Shown here: in pieces, positions 48,841-61,745 of the stretch
Layout: every line of letters begins with the position of its first letter
Numbering within the stretch: the stretch's first letter is position 1
Origin: Glycera tridactyla
Taxonomy: Eukaryota
DNA: 64,000 nucleotides
Reading direction: 5' to 3'
Assembly (NCBI GenBank): GCA_965644265.1
Contig: OZ286472.1
Span: 51,584,001-51,648,000, forward strand
Program-made: the position numbers and the translations under genes
The notes under the pieces: generated by a model
Database searches by the model: none
The model's input: only the letters and a program-made list of their open reading frames with translations
What the model was told of the DNA's origin: nothing

Positions 48841-51560
48841 TCCAATAAGATAAATGGAACTCGGCAGGTTTCAATTTGCCAGACACGAAGATCAATATCT
48901 CATCGCCGAGTCGCAGCATCATGTTCTCAGCGAGGTCTTGTTATCAATACGATCCATATATAGAGGACACAGTGCAAGTAGTATTGGCAGATAGATGACA
49001 CCAGTTGCTGAATTCAGTGAGTAATATATATATAACATAATAGCGAAATTGTGTTTGTGCTTTCGAATAACAGGGGTCTTTAGATATTTGCGATGAAGGA
49101 AGGTGCTATGATTTTCCGGATAACCATGACATCTGCACAACCATAGGTTCACTAATGACATAGTAAAAAGGAACCAATCTGATTTGAATAACATTTCCAA
49201 TGATCTCACCCTTGTGTCCAATCGGAGGTCATTACGTTTCATCAAATGTATTATAATGATGAATATACTCACTAATAAGTGCCAGTACAAATAATACGAG
49301 AGTATTTCCGGTTTCAATCCTTCATGGATCACGCAACTCTGATCATGTGGTCGCAATATCGGCGAGACATGACATGAGCCCGACGTGATACAAACCTAAC
49401 CAAAAAGATCACCGGTTATGTGAAAGAACATACAATAACATGAACTTTATTTACGGGTCATGGGTCATGGATATTGATCATACAGACAATCAGTGTTAGA
49501 CGGTAATTCACAAGACTCCCTTTGACGGTCCAACAACACTCAAAAGTCTCACTATAAGCACAGTTGATCGTTTGTTTGAATAACTTTATGTCGTGAGGCA
49601 TGGACAATGTCATACAGCATGCTCAAGCGGTCATCAAATTGAATAAACAGATAAATTCAAAAATACAGAACAATATATACAAGGCAATATGTACAAACTA
49701 TATATACACAAATACAATTAAGAAAATGTATTGGCCGTTAGGGAGTGAGGAATGACTGCGCAAGGGTGGGGTGATAGGGTAGTATAGGAAAGTAAAGGGA
49801 TTCGTGCCTCAGAATTTCTGCGTCAGAATGTCATATGAATGATGGTGCATCTCAGGGTGCATCTCAGGGTGCACTCCAGGGACAGGAGCCGACTCTTCAG
49901 GGTAAGTCCTAAGCCACTTTACCATAGTCCCATGTAAGCTGGTGGGCATGGTGACCAGATATGGGACCGTTAGGGATGAGAAGAGTGCCTGGCGGACACG
50001 CATACCATGTCAAATAGCCATTTCATTCAAAAGCACGTGTTCATAAAGAAATGTTCATTCGTTTCATTAGTTTCTTTAGTTTCATCATCTCAGATCACGG
50101 AGATGCATGGGAACAGCCAGTTTCCTCTTGTATCTCATGGACCCATCACTGACTTGTCTGATGAGTCATCGTTCATTTTTAGTGCTTGAAACAAGCAGGA
50201 TGTACCTGGAAACGAATGCCATGGACATGATTCGCAAAGTTGGATTGGCAAATGACTGTCATGAGGATGAAACTGAGATTTCAGCGCAAATCCTATCGAA
50301 TAGAATGTTTCAGCTGTAACCCGTTTGAAGTCACTGAGAAAGTCAATATCAAATTCGCATGAGCCGGTGGAGTTATGGCGAGACGGTACGATGCCAGGTG
50401 ATATGTGGGTATACATACAGACTTGATCCGTTGTAAAATCCACGGGTGGTGTATAGCTATCAAGGCGGAACGAAATACTTTCGGATGAAGCCTCAACAAT
50501 CACCGTCCCTGCCTATAGCCTACATCCTACACACACCTGGGTCAAGTGGAGCAGTGGAGTACAAAGGTTCGGCTTATTCAATGGGACAGCTGATAGGTGT
50601 CTTACAGATTAGTGATTGTCAGACAAATGATTGGATGGTCGGACAGAATGGTCAATAAATGCATGAAGCAAAGTATGATTTATTAAAGCATTTATATATG
50701 ATCTATGAATCAACTAACATCCTTGTTGACAGTGTTAATCCGGGAGGACATCGTTCGTCGGGCATCGATAAGCATACACAATTAATATTACATCAACAAA
50801 CAAAGAATTTTTATAGTTATTGGAAATGTGTCAACTGTCCTCAACCGACATGGATCCATCATAGTTCAACAAAGACAACTAGAAATGGAGACATGTTTAA
50901 TCACAGTCGGATGATCATATACTTTGTGAAACTCATTACATCATGGTTCTGACATAACGTTACCTCTTCCCTGTAACAATGTCTATACACACCAGTGAGT
51001 TCGTATATCTATTTTGTGGTTAGTTGACATCTCTCAAGACACTCACTGGAGATTCATGCTATCGCAATCTCAAGATAGCTTTTTCGCGCATGTTATCTAT
51101 TTTCTATATTATTCCTCAGTTCACAGTATGATATTGGCGGGACATATATATGACATGCCCAAAGAGAAGATCATGTTGACGGTGATTGCTGGTGCTTCCA
51201 TAGTCAGATTACATTCCCAGTTGACTGACTCATAGAACATATTTGTCAATAAAAGCTGCTGATCTAAGTTTCCGATTATGTGAGAAAGCTCAGCGCTATC
51301 CACGTGATCAGCAAACATATAATCTCCATACATCACCCTCGTAAGGAGATATTGAGTATTTCTGAGATGTGCTCACCAGGTGGGTGGGGGTTGATGGGTG
51401 GGTGTGAGGGTCGAGAGGGTCAGGAATATGATGGATGACGGCGGAATGGCACGTTGTGCAAACCTCTGTGGCTGAAGGTAGACACTGTGTTGACATACGA
51501 GTTGAGATGCGTCGATATTACTTTTCAACCCGACCTATTCAGTTCGAGCTTGGTGGTATC

Positions 51561-52680
51561 TGTCCCGCCTGCTATAGCAGTGGTGCGACATAGGTGTTAC
51601 CTTTCCGTCGGCATCATCGTCATCAGCATCATAGGCGTCGCTTAAGATTTTGGTTAGATTTTTTTCTTTAAAGCCTCACTCAATTAATATCATACCTACA
51701 TTCTTGAAATTTGGTACATATATGCATCAGTAGTTGGACTATATCATAGGCATGATTTGTTATTTTTGAGGGAAAACAAGACTCTTTCATGTGTGAGTTT
51801 GGGATTCTTTGAGAAAGCCAGGCCCAATAGCTGTCTGTATTGCGTGAGAACCCGGGAAATGCACACCACTTCCCTTGGCCTGCCTTCCATATGTAAGGTT
51901 GTCCGTAATTGACGATGCTTCTGCTGTTCTTACCTGTGTTATGTAACACCTTTGGTTTATTTCATCATGAAGCAATGGCTCCACTTCTACTTCAATAACT
52001 AGGACTAAAAAGGCTGAATCAAACATTCGCATGTGTCAGTGTATATTTGTGTTGTCATTATCTGTGTTATGTAGCACAGTTGCTGATTTCTCGGAGCCCT
52101 TGCTCTCTCAACCAGAGCCCTTGCTCTCTCAACCATTTTATGGATAGAAGCATATACAGTGAAATTTGTGATGAGAGACCCCTGAGGAGAGACCACCTCT
52201 GACAGAAGACCACTTTTGCAGTGCCACTTTTCTATTTGACATAGTCAGATATAACTCCAAAGAGAGACCACCTCTTTTGAGAGACCACTTATTGGTGAAA
52301 TTTAGGGTGGTATCTTGTCAGAGGTCTCACTGCAGTCCATTTTCTTCTCTCGACACACATGTGTGCACATACGCACACACACACTCACACACATCCACTC
52401 AGGCTCATGCATGCATGCATATGCATATATGGATACGGCTGAGATGAGGGTGAGCATAGTTGTGTAGGTGTGTGGTTATGTAAGGGGGGGGGGGGTAGAG
52501 ATTTGATCAGATTCCTGCCATTAACAGAGGCAAGACATAGGCATGCCATATTCTGTTGTTGCCATCATTATCATCATCCACATTGATTGAGATCCCAATT
52601 ACCATTCCAGTTAGTTCTTGTCCCGCCTGCTTTAGCTCTTGCAGGCGAAGCATAGCGCTCCATGGAGCAGCTTGTCTAAT
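51561..52680 (+). mobile_element. HINE-like element with nested Tc1/pogo-like MITE (52155-52330)
   Basis: TGTCCCGCCTGCT motif at both ends, a 3' CGCCTGC..GCAGGCG hairpin and a GCTCCATGGAGC palindrome. Confidence 0.55.
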
Positions 52681-52929
52681 ATGTATGTTGGTGAGTGAGA
52701 AGTCACGCTGTCCGAGAGAATAATGTCAGCGGTAGCAACAACATTCGCAGATTGCCCCTCTGTTTGTCTGTCTATATGTCCGTCTGTCTATCGTCCGGTC
52801 TTTCCATATGTGCGTCTCTCTGCATGTTCGTTTGTTTCTCTCCAGTCACTTCTTGACCCATCTCATCCACTCTCCGACCATCTATTCATTTACTTACTGA
52901 CAACTTTTCGTTTGGAATTTGAAAAAGTC

Positions 52930-53925
52930 CCACTTCGGTTTATTGTAATCTATAACAGAAATATTTCTGCATGCCGCCCTTATATCGAACGATTTTGTTT
53001 CATTGCACAGTTTTTCTCAAGGACTTCTTTATATGCTAACAGGGCTCTACGTTGCTTCCAAGCCACTGGCTTTTTGTCCTACGGTTAACATCCGTCAAAA
53101 CTTTATAGCTCGGCGCCCCAGAAATCTTAACGTTGCAATAGACAATGTATCATATAATATCGATTGGCTACCTATTCTTGGCGATGACTAACAGAAACTA
53201 ATGACCGAATATTTTGTAGAGCCCTGCCTAATACATATGACTGTACCACAAGCGATATTTGTGAATGCTATTGTTTTCTCATTTGAGTCATCACCAAGAT
53301 AATGTTACATTTACTGGCTCAATTTGTCCTTCATACTGTAATTATCTCGTATGCTAGGAAATTCCTCACTCGTCACCAGGATGTCGTCATATTCACTGAC
53401 ACCTATGAAGCTGGTATATTGGACACCGCTACTTCATCGTGTACCTCACTATCGGAATAACACTATATCTCGCAGCATACATCGTTGTATCGATTGCTAT
53501 TGTTTCAGTGCCAAGCTAACCACCAAGATGCCAACCAACCAAGCAATGACCTCATAGTAACTGGCACACATCTATGCTGCATGTAGATATATCGAAAGCA
53601 ACTGATCCATTACTCAGACCCCCACCAAGAACATTATTCATTTCCTTGTTCGTCATTGCTAAATATGTTCTCGGCTGGTTGGCCGTCTCTATTGGCTTAT
53701 TAGTGCTAACTGCACTATATCTACCATCCTTCTGATCGACCAGAGCAGGGGCTAGATTCACTGAAAGAGCAAAACACTCGAAATTGTCGGAATGGTTTCC
53801 GGTTCTTATGTTTTTTTTGGAATAGCGTATTGGTTAAGATAACCTGTGTGGATTCTCAGAGCATGCTGCTGATGGTGAAACTGGCCGCAGGTTCATTTAT
53901 AGTGTGCTGGCTAGCCATGCTGTAA
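52930..53925 (+). pseudogene. Candidate decayed intronless class A (rhodopsin-like) GPCR, interrupted by a MITE
   Basis: Hydrophobic segments occur in order with GPCR-like spacing: TM2-like (FIAQ..DFFIC..MTVPQAIF), Cys(53303) to Arg(53378) 25 codons apart, TM4-like YLAAYIVVSIAIVSVP, TM5-like LFISLFVIAKYVLGWLAVSIGLLVLTALY, and TM6-like MLLMVKLAAGSFIVCWL. The reading needs several stops and frameshifts; no NPxxY seen. Confidence 0.38.
53040..53226. mobile_element. hAT-like MITE
   Basis: Perfect 11-bp TIRs CAGGGCTCTAC / GTAGAGCCCTG; no clean 8-bp TSD. Confidence 0.65.
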
Positions 53926-54514
53926 TTTCATTGGCGAGAATCTAGAGCGCCTGCAGTCACTCGGTCAAGAGGAAATGGTCAGTGAGCCCGTGACCACTGG
54001 TCACTGATTAGATCTGACCGCTCCTCACCTTCTCTGTCACCTCTCCTCCCTTCCTAGCCCCCCCCCCCCCCGAGAGCTCCCTGTCTGTTTCTTCTCCTCA
54101 TTTTGTCAATTTGTCTGTTCGTCTGTCCACCTGTCTGTTTGTCCATTCATCTGTCTGCCTGCCTGTCTTTCCATCTGTCTGTCTGTTTACGTGCCAGTCT
54201 GTCTGTCTGTCTATGTCAGCCTGTCTGTCTGTCTATCTGTCGGCCCGTCTCTTGCTCTGTCTGTCAGCCAATCTGTCGGTTCATCTGAATGGTTGTTCAC
54301 AGTCATACCAGTTTTGATCGGTGTGAGACACCTCACAACATTTACAATCCCCCTTGTCTGCCGGTCTGTCTGTCAGGCCATCTACGTTTGCTCGAGAGCG
54401 GTTCACCAGTGGCTCACCATCTTGCCTGTCGTATTTCAGGTCACATCTCAATACATTCTTTGCATCGAGAACAGCCTCTGTATGCATATGACCATACGCC
54501 TTTGTGTCTTTCAG

Positions 54515-54572
54515 AAAGTGGGGTTAACTAGAGAAAGTGAGCTTATTGAGTGGGAACGTAAGATGTGGAAAG
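54515..54572 (+). CDS. Candidate internal coding exon (KVGLTRESELIEWERKMWK), product unknown
   Basis: Acceptor CTTTGTGTCTTTCAG, donor AAG|GTAAGA; only one frame is open. Confidence 0.3.
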
Positions 54573-56454
54573 GTAAGACAGACACACGCACAGNNNNNNN
54601 NNNNNNNNNNNNNNNNNNNNNNNNNNNNNNNNNNNNNNNNNNNNNNNNNNNNNNNNNNNNNNNNNNNNNNNNNNNNNNNNNNNNNNNNNNNNNNNNNNNN
54701 NNNNNNNNNNNNNNNNNNNNNNNNNNNNNNNNNNNNNNNNNNNNNNNNNNNNNNNNNNNNNNNNNNNNNNNNNNNNNNNNNNNNNNNNNNNNNNNNNNNN
54801 NNNNNNNNNNNNNNNNNNNNNNNNNNNNNNNNNNNNNNNNNNNNNNNNNNNNNNNNNNNNNNNNNNNNNNNNNNNTGTCCGATGGGACGAACCTCCCGGG
54901 ACCCCCGAGTTTCTTCTTCAAGGCGTATGTATACAAATGATATCGACAGCTCGCCAATGGGATTACTTTATGCAGTGCAGTCAGAAACAAATGGCCCTCG
55001 AGGGACTGATATCGTTCCAGTATGCTATTATGTTGTCTAGCATTATACCCCAAGGCCTCCCAACTATCACCAAATATAATATCATAAACTGTTCCATTGA
55101 TCAAGAAAGTAATATCACTTGTGAGGCCAACACTTATTTGATGGCTTTTGTGTAAATGCTTTGGCAGATATATTCGCATGACATGATAATCCGATGATGG
55201 AGATGACTCCAAAACTTATCTTAATCTCATCGCCCGGAGATGCACTCGCTAGTTGAGTGAATTTGAGTGGAATTTGAGTGGAATCTTTTCGCAGATATGG
55301 TGGCATAATATGATGATAAAATGGGTGAGATTGAAAAAACCCTCTTAATCTCATTGGTGAAAAAGGCATGCGTTCGTGAGGAGAATGTTTGTTGGAAGAG
55401 TGGAATGGATTGAATGGTAGGTACGCAGCTGGTTCAAATTGATGTACTTCACTTCTCATTGTGATACGAGTAGGTCGATACACAGAAAACACCATAAAAT
55501 GCGGATGCACTTCAACAAAGTGATTTTTGAGACTAATTCAATCATTCATTATCTGAAAAGCGATCCCTTTGTTGATGACATGATGAATTTCTCGTAATGT
55601 TGGAGTTATTTTGTTATATTCATCATGTGGATTATTATATGCTAATCGGGTTTAGCCAATCAGTCCTTATGCCTGTCTTCTTTTCATATATTAAGAGTGT
55701 GCATGTGTATGTGTGTGTGTGTGATGGGGGGGAGGGTGAGCGTATGTCGGCGCGTCTGTGTGATGGACAGACGGACATACAGACAGAGGCTGACATGGAT
55801 GAAAATGGAGTGAAAGGATGAATATGTCAATGGTTATGAGAGTAAGTGTGTCAGCCAAATCTCCTTTTTGAGATACCCGCCGTCGGCTGGAAATCTCTCT
55901 GCTTGACCGGCGCACTAACTTCGCTGATTCTCTCTCTGTCTATCTCGGAGATATCTCGACGCACGTGGGCGCTCTTGTTTCTTACTCGAATATTGCCGTC
56001 GATTTGGAGCTGATGTATTCTGCAATCCATGGTATCGGATAATCCGGGTTCTTCACTAACATCCGCTATCTAGTGTATGAGTGCCATCCATCCTTGACTA
56101 TTATGACGGGAGTCCAGGGACTCTTTAAAATGACAGTAATGGCCATCTACTCTACTTCAAAGTGTTGCCATCCGCCATGTGACCAGTGTTCAACTTTATA
56201 TCTTCACTATTCTTGATAGTATTTGATCGTAAAGGGTCGGGCTGAGGGATTGGGGTGGGTGGGGGTTAATCGACATCGCAGGTACAGACTGATATATATC
56301 ATCTATCTCCAGATACATTCAACAGAGATCGGCGTATCAATAGGTTTCGTTTTTGACTTGAACAAGATGGACAAACAGCACACCAGTTGAGAGTTGCAGG
56401 GGATGTGAGTACCTTCACTAGGTAGTCAATGAACCAAGTGCCCATTGAATTCTG

Positions 56455-56860
56455 TGAGGTTCAGTCAGTCAGTCATCCAGCCATCCATCCAGCCAGCCAG
56501 CCAGCCAGCAAGCCAGTCAGGCAGTACGCAAACTCACCAGCCTGTCAACCACACAGACAGGTATCCAAACAACTGATCGACTTATCGATCAGCAGATAAG
56601 ACAATCGACCAATCAATACACTTATCCATCAACCAACCAATCGACCGATCAATCAATCAACCCATCGACCTCCTGCAGATAATCAAGTTTCATGACTGAC
56701 CCGCTTGTGATTGAATACATGTTTACTTACAACCAACACACCAACCAACCAACCACGAAAGCAATCAGTCAGCCAAACAACCGGTCGACCAATATCAATC
56801 ATTCAATCAATTAATTAACCAACAAATCAACCTATCAATCAATCAATCAACCATCCGATT
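56455..56860. repeat. Compound tetranucleotide microsatellite region (CAGT/CAGC/CAAT/CCAA)
   Basis: Direct reading. Confidence 0.8.
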
Positions 56861-57259
56861 ATATGCATTGAAGCATCCCATATCAGTAATGAACACGGAG
56901 AATCGCAATGGCTGACATGGCATCGTCCAATCCAGCACTAATGATTTTGGCATTTTACTTGATGCTCATTTATTATTCGTGTCGGCACCCTATCAGCTTC
57001 AAATTCTGATCAAATCACCCAACGATATCGAACCTTTAACGATCTGCTGGCTGGATTCGATTGCCTGATTCGAGCAAAACCTTAGCACTTGAATGATGTC
57101 GAACACGGAATTCGCTCGTATGGCCATTCTGTCAGTCCACATTTAACGTTTTACTGATTAGAAAACAGCATGGAGTAGGATAATCTCCTTGAAATGGACG
57201 ATTAACTCTTTATCTCCCACGTCAAATTGAACTTAGTTGAAACGTAGTTGGGGGTAATG

Positions 57260-57905
57260 ACCAATCTAATCATGATGGTGGTGACGGCGACCACGACAAT
57301 GTCACCATTACGCCGTCATTGTCATTACCACCACCAACACCACCGCCCCTACTAGTAGCAGCACCAACACCACCATAATCCCAATCACCAACATCACCAT
57401 GACCACCACCATCATTTCCATCATACCAACTATCACCATCACCGTCACCTCAATCACTCCAGCCACCACCANNNNNNNNNNNNNNNNNNNNNNNNNNNNN
57501 NNNNNNNNNNNNNNNNNNNNNNNNNNNNNNNNNNNNNNNNNNNNNNNNNNNNNNNNNNNNNNNNNNNNNNNNNNNNNNNNNNNNNNNNNNNNNNNNNNNN
57601 NNNNNNNNNNNNNNNNNNNNNNNNNNNNNNNNNNNNNNNNNNNNNNNNNNNNACCACATCAATCACCACCACCGGAATCACCGCCACCACCATGACCTTC
57701 ACTCCTATACTCGAACACTCCCACCCTCCTCCACAACCACAACCACCACCACCATCAGCACATGTCGATCACAACAACCACCACTAGCACCACCACCACG
57801 ACCACTATTACGACCTCCACGCCCCCAGCAACATAGCCGTGACCCTGACCATTCTAACCACCCCATCACGCTGATCCCCGCCACCAGCTGCACCGGCACC
57901 ACCAG
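57260..57905. repeat. (CAC/CAT)n low-complexity region with gap
   Basis: Direct reading; N-run at 57472-57652. Confidence 0.85.
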
Positions 57906-60900
57906 CACCGAAGCAACAGATTGGTCGAGAGCCCGTGTATGGCTGATCGAGACCGGGAATATGGTGCATTCTACCGGATTAAGATTGTAAAGTCTTATAA
58001 AGTCTTGTGGTCTTCACGCTTGCCCCAAATGTGAGAGGGCTTTGACTGCAGCTAGTCATAGGGTCAAGTACTTCAACAGAGGTGTGAGGAGGCCAACCAT
58101 GTGCAGAACCATATCACTACATTATTCATGGACTAAGCCAGAGGTTTTGACCCCAGTGTTAAGGTCAATACAGGGAAACAGGCATGAGCTACACACCACC
58201 AGGCCTAGGTGATGACGTGAGCAACTATCTGTGGAAACACTGATCCTTGTTAAGCGGTGGCACTATGAGAATTGACTACAAATCAGCTACACTGATACCC
58301 ATTCTCAGCATACGCTCATATGCATACACAAGAGAAAACGGTTCGAAATTCAATCGCAGGCAGAGGGTTGTACCTCGCCAAGATTAGACCTGTCACCCAT
58401 ACATAGCGCTGGTACGATCCAAACCTTCAGACCGTGCCAGTGGTATTGAGCCGAGGTTGGTACAGACAGTCATACGGAAGGACAACCCTCCAACATTACT
58501 GGATCAATAGATCAATCAAGTATATATGGACATTCGCATCACTCTCCGACTCTAAGAACATGGGAAGTATAGCTAAACGTGTCCTAAGCATTAGGCCAAT
58601 GGACATGATACAACAATGTGCTCAAGCAACTTCATGCTCAGTACGGGTCAATTATGGTGAAATGGTTTTGGTGGGATGAACAGAAACCTGTTTTGGCTTA
58701 GTTCAAGTTCATTCATATGCACATGATCTCACAGTGCTGGCTCAAAGTCGGTAGGAAACAAACATGGCCTAAGACCCAAGGAAGAAAAGCTGTCTATTTT
58801 TTCAGATATGGAAGGCCAGCTCATATCGGGGAGTCGGTTCAGTGCGGTAAATAAACCATATGAGTTAGATAATTCTCCGGCGAATAGGTGGGATCAATTA
58901 GATAAGCAAGTGTGGTAGTTGCTTCCGTTGCAGAGTGATGCAATCCCCTTGGTGGTCCAAGGTTGAGAGGTGTTTGATTTTAGTCCACCGGCATTCTTCA
59001 CATATTGCGTGGTCAAGGTCATTGTCTTGATGGTTCTGCTGCTGATCGTTGGCACTCCTAGTAGCAGCGACCATCACTGTTTGGCATCCGGATACATTCC
59101 AGGTAGGCTCTTGTTAAGCACTCCGGCAATTAAATGGTTAAAGCGTATTATCATTCCACCGAGGATGCAATGCGTCACTTTGGCCACACACGCACGCAAT
59201 TCGTTTTGGATGGCGGTAAAATGAGCAGTTTTGTTCCGAGGCCAACAAATCAAAACATCCCACCGGCGAGAACACGCTCCCTCCATCCATCTCAACCCTC
59301 ACCTCCTCACCAGCGTCCCAACATAAGGATGCTTCATCAACCACCAGCTCCTCCAGACACCTGTGAAGTACCACACTCACATATCCCCAACATTCCTCCT
59401 CTAACATCGAACTATCCAACTGGTGAATTCTGCAGAGATTCATGTATTGTTCACTATATGGTTGTAGGGATACGCTTAAGTGAGATGTTCGAATTGAAGA
59501 GTTAGTGATGATCATTTGCCAGCATCACTTACACTGGTATTTTTCTCGAGGAATTGGCCCAGATTAGCTGTGATAATGAGGTCATTGCATGCAAGATTGC
59601 TCGCTATCACACCGTCTAATCTATACGGCTCATCTTGGCAGAAAAAAAAAGTTTGGGTGGTGAATAGGCGTGAATTGTTCTTCTAGGAGTGGCGGCAGCA
59701 GTAGTGGCAGCAGTGTTTGTGGTGGTGACGTTTGTGGTAGTGATGGCCGTGGCAATGGATGTGCTAGCTGTGGGGATACGGAAGGGGTGGATGGTAGCAG
59801 TACAACAGGTGGTATATATGTGTTGATGGGGGAGATGGCATTGGTGGCTATGAATAAGGGGTAGGCAGTGAGAGGAGGAAGAGAATAAGAAGTAGGAGGG
59901 TGGAGGAGGAGGGAGAAGGGGGAGAAAAAGGAGGGAAGAAGAAGGGGGTAGGTTGAGAGGACAAACTAAAAAGTTTGGTGATAGTGAAGATGGGAGCGAT
60001 TGTGGAGGCTCGGGGGTCAGGAGTAGGAGATAGAGGAGTCGGGGGAGGGGGTGGGGGGGGGGGGGGTAGGAGGGGAGAAGACGGTGTGGGAAGGGACATA
60101 AAGGGACTGGAGGACAACAGTTTTGGTTGCAGTGGCGATGTATATGTTCATGTCTTTTCTTCAATTAACTGCAATATCCACACAAACCGCCGCTGAAATT
60201 GGTCATTCAGCCCGTCAACACTAGGCCCCCAATAGCGGCGTGCTGAGGTCGTTTAGTGACGCAATGCACTTTGTGACGTCACTACCGACGGTTGTAAACA
60301 AATCAGTCTTTCCGAGTCTCACCGCTCAAACTCAAACTCAAATTAAAACTCAAAATTCTTATAATTTAGCACGCCACCACCATGAGTATACCATTGAGAG
60401 AGGAGAACTTATCTCGCCACGTTGACACTGTCTGGTCGTGTATGCATATAGAAACTGATCAAATGAAGAGATGATAGTAGACAACATCTATGAACATTCG
60501 ATAAACTATGCAAGAGCGTTGAAAGCTGGATAAATGTCTCTCACGCCTGAGTGACTAGTGACCACTGTGTGATATAGGGTATATTGTAGTTCAACGTTAG
60601 CCTGAAAAATTTATGCGGCCCTCGAACACACTGCATCTAAATTTCCGGCCGAGTGAACTGTCAATTCTGCTGAGTGCACAGCTTACGTTCATAAATAATA
60701 ACAGGGGCAGATATTACTGAAGTGACCGTTAGGCAAGAGTACTGACTGCTTCCACCCCTGACAAACAGCACCACCCCCAACACCATCATCACACACACGC
60801 ACCTGCATACTCGCGCACGCACGCATGCAGGCACACTCACCCACGCACACACGCACACACACGCACTCATTGTCTACTCGCCTCTCTGTCTGTCTGTCTG

Positions 60901-61041
60901 TCGGTTTGTCTGTCTGTTGTCTGTCTGTCCGTCTATCTATTAGTCTGTCTGTCCGTCTCTCACTCAATCACTCGCCGTCTCCCCCCCCCTCTTCCTATCT
61001 GTCTCTTCTTTCGTCCTCCGTTTTTTTCCCAGATTGTGGCT

Positions 61042-61745
61042 TGCAGCCGAAGGCTGCTGGACCACAATTGGTTACCGGACAGGGTCAGGTCATGGAGGTT
61101 GCCATCTTGGATTCAGACTACTTGACAGAAGTGCTGTGAAATTGACAAAATAGTCACCAATAAGGTACCTCACATTATCCCACATATCCCAACATTTGCC
61201 AACATTCTCTCATATTTGGGCCTTCTGTAAGTTGCCAGTTGTTGTTTTGAACTATATCCAGCTTGTGGTTGATATGATCAGAGTTGAAATGGCAGATGAT
61301 TGGAGGCAAGTAAAGTGGTCAGTGATTGAATTTCATGAAATGTACATGGAAAGACCTTCAGGAGAGGTTCTGGTAGAGTGACGAAATTGACAAGTTGTGT
61401 GTCAATTTCAAAGCAGCAGAGTGTCTCGAATTGGAAGTTAGGATCCGATCAGGTTGTTGTCAATTTCAAGCAGGAGGGCTACTTCAAAGTAGAGGCAAGG
61501 AAATCAACAATGTTGGTGTCAATTTCAAGTGAAGGGGATTGGTACATCTACTACTGTCCAGCATTCCCACTTCTCACAGAGCCCATTCCATTGCTCGTTT
61601 CAACATGGAAAGGCTTTGTTGTATTCCCTCAACAAAGGCTATTTGCTAAAATGGTATAGGCTTACCATAACCAGCTTGCTGATTCACTTTGTCAGCGTAT
61701 GTATAGCCACAATTTTTCTCGCAGCTTGCTGCTTTCTTGTTGTTC
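61042..61745 (+). repeat. Second copy of the 7950-9195 repeat, with an unexpanded unit
   Basis: Colinear homology. Only one diverged GTGTCAATTTCAAA-initiated equivalent of the 59-bp unit is present at about 61398-61455. Confidence 0.8.

Noticed and set aside
51591-51630. Minus-strand exon DAYDADDDDADGK with AAG|GTAAC donor
   Set aside because: It lies in the 5' microsatellite-like part of a HINE element and has a weak acceptor.
54876-55212. BTB-like start (SDITFLINGTVY) in a 112-codon minus frame
   Set aside because: The following BTB motif (AHK/R.vLaa.S) is absent and there are no splice signals.
59075-59105. Kiwellin-like CLASGYIPGR
   Set aside because: Similarity is limited to about 10 residues and the downstream sequence does not continue the pattern.
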